DNA from: an uncultured Staphylococcaceae bacterium
Lineage (GTDB): Bacteria > Bacillota_I > Bacilli_A > RFN20 > CAG-826
Length of the DNA stretch: 64,000 bases
Assembly: GCA_964386745.1 (NCBI GenBank)
Contig: CAYLSZ010000001.1
Span: forward strand, 9,179-73,178
Direction of reading: 5' to 3'
Below the pieces are notes generated by a model that was not told where the DNA came from, searched no databases, and saw nothing but the letters and a program-made list of their open reading frames with translations. This document shows positions 52,025-60,673 of the stretch, piece after piece; the stretch's first letter is position 1, and the number at the start of each line of letters is the position of its first letter. The position numbers and the translations under genes were made by a program.

Positions 52025-54397
52025 TTATAAACTTTTATAAAAGTCCTTTAAACTTTTTTTAATATCATCGACATTCTTTAAATATGTATAGTTAGGCCAC
52101 CATCTTTCAAATATTTTTCGATGCATTGAGCCACCATAACGTTGATCGATGAGTAATGCGCTTCCTCTATCGTTTTCGGTTCTAATTAATCTACCAACAG
52201 CTTGCATAACGTGATTTAAACCGACGTAACCATATGCATAGTTATAGCCATCAAAACCTTCTTTTATATAGTATTCCTTGAGCAAATTATTTCTAAAATC
52301 AAAACTTGGTAAACCGATCCCTATAATAACGACACCAATTAAACGATCGCCGATTAAATCGATACTTTCACTAAATACTCCACCCATAACAGTGAACGCA
52401 ACAACACTCTTAGTTGGTCTAAATTTAAAGTTTTCCAAGAAACTATTTCGATCTGAGACAGTCATATGAGGACTTTGAAAAACATATTTTATATCTTTGT
52501 TCTTTTTAAACTTTTCCATAAGCATTGATAAGTATTCAAAGGATGGTGCAAAAACTAAATAATTACCAACTTTACCATCTATAAAAGTCTCGATATTTTT
52601 ACAAACTTCAGGAAAACTTTCTTTTCTATTTGAATATAAAAGAGATAACGATTTATTAACTAATAAGTTCAAATGGCTCTTTTCGTAAGGTGACTCTAAA
52701 GCTAAATCATTCGTTTCTAAATCTTGCGTTAATAAATCTTTATAGTAAGGTAATGGCGATAGTGTCGCACTAAATAACACGCTTCCGCTAGTATTTTCGA
52801 TTTTCTCTTTTACATAATCTGAGGCGTTGAGACAAAAGATATTTAATTCGTATTCTTCTTTCTTTTTAGGGACATATTTTCTCACATATAAAGCAAAATT
52901 ATCGTTCCTCATTTCATGTAAAGTTAGAAATCTATTCACCTCTATAAAAAAGTTATTTACGACACTATCTTTAAAGTCAGGATGGTCACTTGTATAAGTG
53001 CGATATTGGTCCAATAATTTAGCAAGATTTTTTATGAAATTTTCATCAAAAGCCTCGATTAAAATCTCGCTTTTTTCAACAAAATCCCTGCAGAAGTCCA
53101 GTTTTTTTAATAAATTAAAGTCAGAAACAACCTTAGACAAAGCATTTTTTAGTTTTGTGTTTTTTATTTCTTTTAACGCCTTTTTAACATTAGAAAAATC
53201 TTCGGTGTTAATGCTTGAACTATACATATCTCTACTTCTAGAAATAAGGTTATGTGCTTCATCAATTAAAAGGAAATGATTAACCGAATAATCAGGCGTT
53301 TCAAAATATCTTTTTAGAGCGCTGATTGGATGAAATACATAATTGTAGTCGCAAATTATGTAGTTGCAGAACGTACTTAAGTCTAATGAAAATTCAAAAG
53401 GACAAATCGTATGTTTTAAACCAAGTTTCTTTAAATAATCTTCAGTATAAATATTCGATCCTATAAGTGCTTCTTTTAAAATATGCTTAAGTTTATCGTA
53501 ATAATTTCTCGTAAAAGGGCAATGATCTGGATTACAAACCTTTTCTTCACATAAGCACATCTTCTCTTTTGCATGAAGTGTAATAACTTTAACCTTTAAA
53601 CCATTCAATGCAAGCTTCGAAAATGTACTAATTGCTATATTAAATCCGCTATTTTTAGGAGTTAAATAGAAGATTTTATCGACTTTTTTCTTTAAATAGC
53701 TTTTAAGAGTTCCATAAATAGCACCCATCGTTTTTCCGATTCCTGTAGGTGCCTCAATATAAGAAACTTCATCATTAAGATAGGTCTTTTCAACAAGATT
53801 TATCATATCTTCTTGACCGTTTCTATAATACGGGAACGGAAATTCCAGTTGCTTTATAGATTCTTCGCAGGCTTTATTTATATATTCCAATATCTTATAA
53901 AAATCGATGTATTGGATGAGATAACCTTTAATCTTTTCTTCTAAAGTTTCAAAGTCATACTCATAATTTTTTATCGTCTCTTGGCGATCCGATTGAGAAA
54001 TATATGTAAGATAAATTTTGATGTTTCTAACATCATGTTCTTTAGCATACATATAGGCATAACACTCGGCTTGTCCAAGATGCCAAACCTCGTTTTTTTC
54101 AAAAAAAGCCTGCAGATCTCCATTAAAACTTTTGATTTCATCAATTATTACTTCGTCTTTATTGACTATAAGACCGTCGCATCTTCCGCTTAATTTAAAA
54201 GTATAATCATTGATTTTGATAACAGAAGAAAGGTTAACTTCACTTATATAATTGCCACCTTGTTTCTCTTGATAATACTTATGAATCTCGGTGCCTTTTT
54301 GCATCGTTCGAGTATTAAAATAACGGTCATCAATATCGCCCTGACGCAATAAAAAATCAACGAGTTGGTGAACACTAAGTTCAATGTATTTATTCAT
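52025..54397 (-). CDS. PD-(D/E)XK (RecB/Cas4-like) nuclease domain fused to a DinG/XPD-family Fe-S superfamily-2 helicase
   Basis: N-terminus H...GRCDGLI...IIDEIKS...QAECYAYMY, giving D, ExK and QxxxY motifs. Then Walker [11 protein letters not shown], the four-Cys cluster [13 protein letters not shown], and DEAH (LLIDEAHNL). Its start overlaps the fmt stop by 8 nt. Confidence 0.8.
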   Translation of the reverse strand: MNKYIELSVHQLVDFLLRQGDIDDRYFNTRTMQKGTEIHKYYQEKQGGNYISEVNLSSVIKINDYTFKLSGRCDGLIVNKDEVIIDEIKSFNGDLQAFFEKNEVWHLGQAECYAYMYAKEHDVRNIKIYLTYISQSDRQETIKNYEYDFETLEEKIKGYLIQYIDFYKILEYINKACEESIKQLEFPFPYYRNGQEDMINLVEKTYLNDEVSYIEAPTGIGKTMGAIYGTLKSYLKKKVDKIFYLTPKNSGFNIAISTFSKLALNGLKVKVITLHAKEKMCLCEEKVCNPDHCPFTRNYYDKLKHILKEALIGSNIYTEDYLKKLGLKHTICPFEFSLDLSTFCNYIICDYNYVFHPISALKRYFETPDYSVNHFLLIDEAHNLISRSRDMYSSSINTEDFSNVKKALKEIKNTKLKNALSKVVSDFNLLKKLDFCRDFVEKSEILIEAFDENFIKNLAKLLDQYRTYTSDHPDFKDSVVNNFFIEVNRFLTLHEMRNDNFALYVRKYVPKKKEEYELNIFCLNASDYVKEKIENTSGSVLFSATLSPLPYYKDLLTQDLETNDLALESPYEKSHLNLLVNKSLSLLYSNRKESFPEVCKNIETFIDGKVGNYLVFAPSFEYLSMLMEKFKKNKDIKYVFQSPHMTVSDRNSFLENFKFRPTKSVVAFTVMGGVFSESIDLIGDRLIGVVIIGIGLPSFDFRNNLLKEYYIKEGFDGYNYAYGYVGLNHVMQAVGRLIRTENDRGSALLIDQRYGGSMHRKIFERWWPNYTYLKNVDDIKKSLKDFYKSL
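53069..53116 (+). repeat. CTGCAG-core repeat, copy 10 (inside the nuclease-helicase gene, antisense)
   Basis: CTTTTTTCAACAAAATCCCTGCAGAAGTCCAGTTTTTTTAATAAATT. Confidence 0.8.
54092..54140 (+). repeat. CTGCAG-core repeat, copy 11 (inside the nuclease-helicase gene, antisense)
   Basis: GTTTTTTTCAAAAAAAGCCTGCAGATCTCCATTAAAACTTTTGAT. Confidence 0.8.
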
Positions 54398-55340
54398 TTG
54401 TGATTAATGTATTAACTTCGAAATCTCTAGCGTTTCCGTTATAGAAATCTTTATATTCAAGCATCTTCTTGCCAGGCTTTTGTATCTTAACTATTTTAAT
54501 AGCATTAGTTTTACATCTAATAATAAATCCTTGTTTATCAAATTGAATAATTGTTCCTGGTTCAGCTTTGCTATTTGTTACAACAATTTCTACTTCGCCA
54601 ACCTTATACTTGATCGAATTATAAACGAAATACGTTCCTGGTTCATTGTTAAGAGCACGGACTATATTTTTAATACGATTTGTAGCATCGTTGAAATTAA
54701 TAACTTCGAGTTCTTTAGTAATTTTTGATGTAAATGTTACTTCTTTTTCAATTTGTTCGATGCCTTTATTTTTGCCATTAATTACGTCTTCGATACCTTC
54801 ATCAAACGCTCTATAACATGCATCAACCATCTTTTCGCTTAATGTTGTATAGTTGTCTTTAGGATCGATAGGTACCCAAACTTTATGAAACATTTTGCCG
54901 GCATCCATTTCCTTAATCATTTCCATTAAAGTAACGCCAGTGACTACTTCATCATTTAGCAAAGCGTATTGTATTGGAGCGGCTCCTCGATATTTTGGTA
55001 ATAGACTTCCGTGAAGGTTATAACTACCAAGTTTAGGTATATTTAAAAGTTCGACAGGTAAAATTTGTCCGTAAGCTAAAGTTAGAATTAAGTCAGGATT
55101 TAGTTCTTTTATAAATTCAAAATCCAAACGAATTTTTTCCTTTTGGAATAATGGGATTCCATATTTTTTAGCGACAACTTTTGTTGGAACCTCTAAAAGA
55201 CGACCTTTACGATCTTTTTCTTTATCACATTGAGCCACTACTCCGATGATGTTATAGCCAGCAGTGATTAATTTTTCTAAAACTTTAGCACTTAACTCAG
55301 GTGTTCCTAAATATAATATTCTTACGTTCTTTTTATCCAT
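54390..55340 (-). CDS. fmt: methionyl-tRNA formyltransferase
   Basis: MDKKNVRILYLGTPELS N-terminus and an SLLP-type motif (HGSLLPKYRGAAPIQ). The track ORF adds about 34 non-homologous N-terminal codons. Confidence 0.85.
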   Translation of the reverse strand: MDKKNVRILYLGTPELSAKVLEKLITAGYNIIGVVAQCDKEKDRKGRLLEVPTKVVAKKYGIPLFQKEKIRLDFEFIKELNPDLILTLAYGQILPVELLNIPKLGSYNLHGSLLPKYRGAAPIQYALLNDEVVTGVTLMEMIKEMDAGKMFHKVWVPIDPKDNYTTLSEKMVDACYRAFDEGIEDVINGKNKGIEQIEKEVTFTSKITKELEVINFNDATNRIKNIVRALNNEPGTYFVYNSIKYKVGEVEIVVTNSKAEPGTIIQFDKQGFIIRCKTNAIKIVKIQKPGKKMLEYKDFYNGNARDFEVNTLITNE

Positions 55341-55435
55341 CATAATCAAAATTTTTTCGCAATAATTATATATAATTATTGCATTATCTTTAATCATTTT
55401 GCTATAATTTTTCAACGTAATAAGAGGTAATTTAA

Positions 55436-55699
55436 ATGGCAAATATTAAATCACAAAAGAAACGTATTAAGACTAACGAAAAAGCCAGACAAAGAAACGT
55501 AGCTTATAAATCAAAAATGAGAACAGCTATGAAGAAGGTAAGATTAGCTTGCCAAGCTAATGACAAAGCTAAAGCAATTGAATTAAACAAAGTCGCTTTC
55601 TCAATTATTGATAGAGCCGTTACCAAAGGAATCGTTCCTAAGAAAACTGCTGCTCGTCAAAAGTCTAATCTTCAAAACTTAATCAACAAATTAGCTTAA
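55436..55699 (+). CDS. rpsT: 30S ribosomal protein S20
   Basis: MANIKSQKKRIKTNEKARQRN. Confidence 0.9.
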   Translation: MANIKSQKKRIKTNEKARQRNVAYKSKMRTAMKKVRLACQANDKAKAIELNKVAFSIIDRAVTKGIVPKKTAARQKSNLQNLINKLA

Positions 55700-55728
55700 T
55701 CATTTGAGTATTATTTTAGAATGCTAAT

Positions 55729-55753
55729 ACCGCCGCTAGATCGGCGGTTTTTT
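55729..55753. terminator. bidirectional rho-independent terminator between rpsT and holA
   Basis: ACCGCCG-CTAGAT-CGGCGGT hairpin followed by TTTTTT. Confidence 0.7.
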
Positions 55754-55756
55754 GTC

Positions 55757-56713
55757 TTATAGATTTAAGATAAACATCTCTAAAGCGTATACGCTATCTG
55801 CTACTTCGTTATGTTTAATTTTATAATCGAGTTGATATAGTTTCTCAAGCAAAACGGCTATCTCGTCATTTTTATATTTAGCAATATTTTTAAAATCGAA
55901 ATATAAGCGACCAGGTTTAACCTTCAATTCTGAAGCAATTTGTTCACGACTATATCCTGCTTTTTTAAGATAAGAGATTTTATCAAGATATATAAGTTGC
56001 TTAGCTAAACTATTAATAACAGCTACCGGTTCAACCTTGTTTTTAGCTAGTTGTAGTTCGCGAAAAACCTTAAGCGACATCTCAATATTTTTTTCTAATA
56101 AATAATTAGAAAGAACATAGAATTTTTCTTCACTATATTCGGTGATAATGTTTTTAACATCTTCAATAGTAATGTCGTTATCCTTATAAATGATAAGTTT
56201 ATCGACTTCACTTAAAAATGTTCTTAAATTATAGTTCGTTCTTCTTACAATCTCGTTTATCGCGTCAGGCGTTATTTTTATTTTCTTATTATCAAAATAT
56301 TTTTTGACATAAGCTGGCCATTCTTTTTCCGATAATGGTTCAAGTTTTTTGACATTTTTTGAATCGATAGCCTCATATAAAACGCCTTTTGGTTCGGTGT
56401 CGCTATAATTAACAAAGATTAAATATACTGAAGGATCATTACTTTTTATAAAATCAATTAAATCTTTGTTTGGCTCAGATTTAAACTTTTTTTCTATATC
56501 ATCGAAATCAGCAATTAAAACTTTAGTTTCAAAAATAAATCCGGATTGGCATATATCAAAAACAAAATCCTTCAATTCGAATTCCTCTCTTCGATAATCA
56601 ATTAGATTAATATCTTCATCTTTAAATTGCTTTTCTATGAAGCCATCTAAATAGAGACCGACACGATCGTAATCACTTCCATAAAATAAATAAGTCACGG
56701 CAACATTATACAA
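55757..56713 (-). CDS. holA: DNA polymerase III delta subunit
   Basis: 318 aa. Position between rpsT and comEC as in Bacillus, and a clamp-loader fold. Confidence 0.78.
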   Translation of the reverse strand: MYNVAVTYLFYGSDYDRVGLYLDGFIEKQFKDEDINLIDYRREEFELKDFVFDICQSGFIFETKVLIADFDDIEKKFKSEPNKDLIDFIKSNDPSVYLIFVNYSDTEPKGVLYEAIDSKNVKKLEPLSEKEWPAYVKKYFDNKKIKITPDAINEIVRRTNYNLRTFLSEVDKLIIYKDNDITIEDVKNIITEYSEEKFYVLSNYLLEKNIEMSLKVFRELQLAKNKVEPVAVINSLAKQLIYLDKISYLKKAGYSREQIASELKVKPGRLYFDFKNIAKYKNDEIAVLLEKLYQLDYKIKHNEVADSVYALEMFILNL

Positions 56714-56716
56714 TAA

Positions 56717-58738
56717 TTAAGCCAAAAATTTATAAGTGATTGAACCTTCTAAGTCAGTTCTTCGATAAGTTATTCCAAGTTGATTTAATCGACTGATTAC
56801 ATCTTCACTTGGGTGACCATATCGATTGTTTAAACCACAAGAGATTATAGCTACTTCTGGATTGATATATTGCAAGAATGCCAGTGAGGAACTTGAACTA
56901 CTTCCATGATGGCCAAGCTTTAAATAATCGACATCCAAGGTATAGTTATTAATAATCTCTTCCTCAACAGTTGTGGTTGCATCACCCATAAATAAGAACG
57001 AATTATCAGCTACACTCAAATGTAAAACTAGACTTCGATCATTTTCATCTTGCGACGTGTCATAAATATAAGGATTTAAATTTTCAAAAGTTAAATTCCC
57101 ACTTACATAAGGGAACACAGAATTATAATCAACTATATTCTTTACCTTAAAATTCTCAGTTAGACTTTCTAGTGCACCGTAGTGGTCATAGTCATAATGG
57201 GTGATAAATACTGCCTCTAAAGAATAGATTCGATTACTTTTTAAAAACGGGATAAGCGAGTTAGTCGCAAGGTCATAACTTGTAAGTCCTCCAGTATCTA
57301 TAAGATACGCTTTGTTTCTATATCTAATTAATGTGCTATCTCCTTGCCCGACATTGATATAAGTTACTTGGAAGGTAAACGTATTCTCTATCGGTAAGAT
57401 ATAAATTCCAAGTAACAATATAGCTGAAAGTGCGACATTTTTGGAGATAAACAAAATTCGAAATTCGTGAAAATAAACGAAGATCTGCAGGGTTAAATAG
57501 TAAAAACAAAGGAAAAATGGATTTAACGCTGGAATGTTTATTGTAAAGATTGAGAAGTCAATCGCATCTAAAACTTTATAAAATCCAACAAATATCGCGT
57601 TAGTAAACGGAAGTTTAATTCCATAAAATCCTACGAAGCAAAATACGAATATAATTTTGAATAAAAACGTAAATGTATAAGAGAATAACATATTCAAAAT
57701 ATTGAATCCGTTATAAACACTTATAGTATAGGGAAGGAAAGTTGTGGCTATCAAAACCCTTCTTTTAACTGCCTGAATATATCTATTCCCTCGATTGAGC
57801 ATTGCCTTAGAAAATTGCATCACTATCATTACAAGTAAAGGTAAGAAGAAACTTGCTCGATAGACCAATGATGAACTAACTAATAGCAATATAAAGTAAA
57901 CTAAACACTTAAAGTTAAACTTATCTTCATAGGCGATTTTCCTATAAAAGATAATGTTTAGCGTAAAGAATAAAAAGACTCTAATGAATGTAAAACGGTA
58001 GATATTAAATATAAAAAACGGCGTGCATAGTAATAGAGAAAAGATTCGTGCGTGCTTTGTATCTAGAAAGTAGCCAAATAATTTAGCAATACCATAAAGA
58101 ATAAAATTTAAAAATAAACCGGTACTAGAAAATAGATGTGCAATCATTAGCTTATCGCTAATCGAAGAAACGCTATCAGTTTCCCCTAAAATCATGGCAT
58201 TAAATATTGCAAGTGCTTCTTCACTCGTAAATATCTTATTTACACTAGTCAAATTGGCTTCAAAATTTAGAGGGAAGTCCCACAAGACCTCTATATTGCT
58301 AGCCGTTATTATCCTGAACACGTTCTGATTATTAAGGTAATTTTGATAATCGAAGCTACTTTCATAGCTCGAAAATGATAATTCGCTCAATGTTCCTTCA
58401 ATTCTAACGACATCAAATAGTTTTAATTCCGTCGTGTAACAATAAATCTTTTCAGTAAGTGTTCGGATAATAACGTAGCTACTTCCCTTTTTAATAACTA
58501 TTCCCGTTATCGAAGCATATTGGATTAAGGATAAAATTTTGGGTAAAAATCTTAAAAATACGCCTAAACAAAAGATTGATATGACTATTACACTGCCCTT
58601 TGCATTTATATTTTTGGTTTTAACTAATCGAATTATTAGCAATACAAGTAGCGCTAATCCTATTACTATGTAGTCGAGTTTAGTAATAATTAGGCCGGCA
58701 ATTAACGCTAAAAGTAAAGCAAAATAATCTCTCATCAA
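56717..58738 (-). CDS. comEC: competence DNA-uptake channel protein ComEC
   Basis: 673 aa polytopic protein with a C-terminal metallo-beta-lactamase domain (HYDYDHYG, LKLGHHGS). Confidence 0.85.
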   Translation of the reverse strand: MMRDYFALLLALIAGLIITKLDYIVIGLALLVLLIIRLVKTKNINAKGSVIVISIFCLGVFLRFLPKILSLIQYASITGIVIKKGSSYVIIRTLTEKIYCYTTELKLFDVVRIEGTLSELSFSSYESSFDYQNYLNNQNVFRIITASNIEVLWDFPLNFEANLTSVNKIFTSEEALAIFNAMILGETDSVSSISDKLMIAHLFSSTGLFLNFILYGIAKLFGYFLDTKHARIFSLLLCTPFFIFNIYRFTFIRVFLFFTLNIIFYRKIAYEDKFNFKCLVYFILLLVSSSLVYRASFFLPLLVMIVMQFSKAMLNRGNRYIQAVKRRVLIATTFLPYTISVYNGFNILNMLFSYTFTFLFKIIFVFCFVGFYGIKLPFTNAIFVGFYKVLDAIDFSIFTINIPALNPFFLCFYYLTLQIFVYFHEFRILFISKNVALSAILLLGIYILPIENTFTFQVTYINVGQGDSTLIRYRNKAYLIDTGGLTSYDLATNSLIPFLKSNRIYSLEAVFITHYDYDHYGALESLTENFKVKNIVDYNSVFPYVSGNLTFENLNPYIYDTSQDENDRSLVLHLSVADNSFLFMGDATTTVEEEIINNYTLDVDYLKLGHHGSSSSSSLAFLQYINPEVAIISCGLNNRYGHPSEDVISRLNQLGITYRRTDLEGSITYKFLA
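57462..57510 (-). repeat. CTGCAG-core repeat, copy 12 (inside comEC, sense)
   Basis: Minus strand reads TTTGTTTTTACTATTTAACCCTGCAGATCTTCGTTTATTTTCACG. Confidence 0.75.
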
Positions 58739-59283
58739 TCAGTTAAGATAATATAGTTTCTTAATTTCGTATAAGTTGCGTTACCAATTCCGCTTACATT
58801 CATGACGTCTTCTAAAGTTTGATATAAGCCGTTTTCGTTACGATAAGAAATAATGCTTGAACTAATCGAATCACCAATGCCATCGATAAAAGTAAGTTCG
58901 CTAGCATCGGTATAAGAGTTGATATTTACTTTTGTAATTTCTTCAGTCGAACAAATATCAGTTGGATCATATCTTGGTGGGATATAATAGGTCATATTTT
59001 TTTCGACTGTAGCAGTTGGAAAATAAGCTCTTGTATCGGCTCTATCAGTAATACCACCAGCTTTATCGATTAAATCTTGCATCGTCGAGCCTTCTTCAAG
59101 CAAATAGTTTCCTGAACTTACAACGTATCCTGATATTCCTATCGAGTTACGCGTAATTTCGTCTTCTGTTGCTACGACTGTGGCTGCCGTAGTAACATTT
59201 GTAAAGTCGAATACTTGCATGATTAAAAGTCCGACAATCGTCACGATAACAACGCCTAAAATTATCTTTAAAGTTAAAGTCAT
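58735..59283 (-). CDS. comEA: competence DNA-binding protein ComEA
   Basis: N-terminal TM anchor, SLBB-like middle region and C-terminal helix-hairpin-helix (NVSGIGNATYTKL). Translationally coupled to comEC. Confidence 0.8.
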   Translation of the reverse strand: MTLTLKIILGVVIVTIVGLLIMQVFDFTNVTTAATVVATEDEITRNSIGISGYVVSSGNYLLEEGSTMQDLIDKAGGITDRADTRAYFPTATVEKNMTYYIPPRYDPTDICSTEEITKVNINSYTDASELTFIDGIGDSISSSIISYRNENGLYQTLEDVMNVSGIGNATYTKLRNYIILTD

Positions 59284-59288
59284 CGTTC

Positions 59289-59340
59289 ACACCTCCTTTC
59301 ACCTACAAGTACGTTTGATAATTGAAAAGTTTGGGGGTAC
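59289..59340 (-). promoter_or_regulatory. conserved upstream element (copy B): GTACCCCCAAACTTTTCAATTATCAAACGTACTTGTAGGTGAAAGGAGG
   Basis: Matches the elements at 13384..13440 and 38428..38480. Lies between the greA terminator and the comEA RBS. Confidence 0.7.
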
Positions 59341-59377
59341 AAAATAAAAAAGTTTCTATTTTCGAGGAATAGAAACT
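59341..59377 (-). terminator. rho-independent terminator of greA
   Basis: AGTTTCTATT-CCTCGAA-AATAGAAACT hairpin, followed on the minus strand by TTTTTATTTT. Confidence 0.7.
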
Positions 59378-59426
59378 TCAATATTTATTAGATTATAACG
59401 ATGAAATTTGAATAAAATTAATTTGA

Positions 59427-59915
59427 TTAATTTAAGCGTATTTCTTCAATTTCTACGTCGTAAGGTTTAGCAACTTTAACGGTTGCAACATCGCCTGCCT
59501 TCTTATTAATAAGTGCTTCACCAAGTGGGCTTTCGTTAGAAATTTTTAAAATATCACTCGTATTTAAAATATCAGTTTCACTACTTGAAACGATTTTAAC
59601 AGTATAAACTTCGTTAGTAGCTAAATCTTTTAATTTAACGATACTAGAAATACCGACGACTTTAGCGTTTTTAGCACCTTCGACAACTTTATAGTTAGCT
59701 AATTTATATTCAATTTCTTCAAGTTCAGCTTGGATTTTTGCTTGTTTATCTTTAGCGGTTTGATAGTCAGCGTTTTCACTTAAGTCACCCATCGCACGAG
59801 CATTTTGGATTTGTTCGACGATTTCAGGCATTTCGACTTCAATGATTTGACGATGTCTTTCTTCGAGTTCTTTTTTTCCTTCTACTGTAATAAATTCACC
59901 TTTAATATTAGCCAT
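59427..59915 (-). CDS. greA: transcription elongation factor GreA
   Basis: 162 aa with an N-terminal coiled coil and a C-terminal FKBP-like domain. Confidence 0.9.
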   Translation of the reverse strand: MANIKGEFITVEGKKELEERHRQIIEVEMPEIVEQIQNARAMGDLSENADYQTAKDKQAKIQAELEEIEYKLANYKVVEGAKNAKVVGISSIVKLKDLATNEVYTVKIVSSSETDILNTSDILKISNESPLGEALINKKAGDVATVKVAKPYDVEIEEIRLN

Positions 59916-59970
59916 TTTTATTTCCTCCGGTCGAGTTATTATACACTCTTTAATTTTTAAAAACTATATT

Positions 59971-60258
59971 TTACGCTTCAAGGTCGCTAGAATTTTCATT
60001 TTCGTCGATATTGTTATAGACATCGAGTACTTCTTCGGCCATTTCTAGCTCTTTTTCATCGGTCACTTCTTGAATTGAGCCATCTTCTTGATATTTCATC
60101 AAGATGACGTCTTCTGGATTAGCTTCGTCATAAATAAAGACATATTGCTCACCCGTTTCATCGTTTTCGAAAGTGAATAAGATATTGAATAAATATTTAT
60201 TACCTTCTTCGTCGTATATTTCGATTTGATCTTCGTTAAGTTTATTATTTTCCATCAT
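59971..60258 (-). CDS. DUF1292/UPF0473 (YrzB-like) acidic small protein
   Basis: 95 aa. Position next to ruvX and alaS matches B. subtilis yrzB. Confidence 0.65.
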   Translation of the reverse strand: MMENNKLNEDQIEIYDEEGNKYLFNILFTFENDETGEQYVFIYDEANPEDVILMKYQEDGSIQEVTDEKELEMAEEVLDVYNNIDENENSSDLEA

Positions 60259-60673
60259 TAATTCTCCTTATATACCTATTTAATATAATAATCGCGCTAA
60301 ACATATCTATAAGCTCGTCGATTTTAGCCTTTTTCATACCCATATTTTCCATCATTTCTTTAGCTTCGATAGTCGAATATCTTTCATCTTCATAGATAGC
60401 TTCTAAATCAGGTTTTTCTTTTTGGATATCTTCTATAAAACGCTTAACCGATTTACATCTAGTTTCTTCTTTATCGGCTAAAGTTAAGGGGTATCCTATA
60501 ACTACTTTATTGATCTTTTCTTTTTCGAGTAAAGCAAGTAAATGTTCACGGGCTTTTTTATAGTTACCTCTTTCGAAATTAAAGTTTTCTTTGCCATGGA
60601 CTATACCAAGTTCATCGCTAAGCGAAATACCTAAAGTAGTCGTTCCTAAATCGAGTCCAAGATATCTTTCCAC
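60245..60673 (-). CDS. ruvX: Holliday-junction-resolvase-like pre-16S rRNA nuclease YqgF/RuvX
   Basis: N-terminus LGLDLGTTTLGISLSD (RNase H-like). Confidence 0.85.
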   Translation of the reverse strand: MERYLGLDLGTTTLGISLSDELGIVHGKENFNFERGNYKKAREHLLALLEKEKINKVVIGYPLTLADKEETRCKSVKRFIEDIQKEKPDLEAIYEDERYSTIEAKEMMENMGMKKAKIDELIDMFSAIIILNRYIRRINDGK

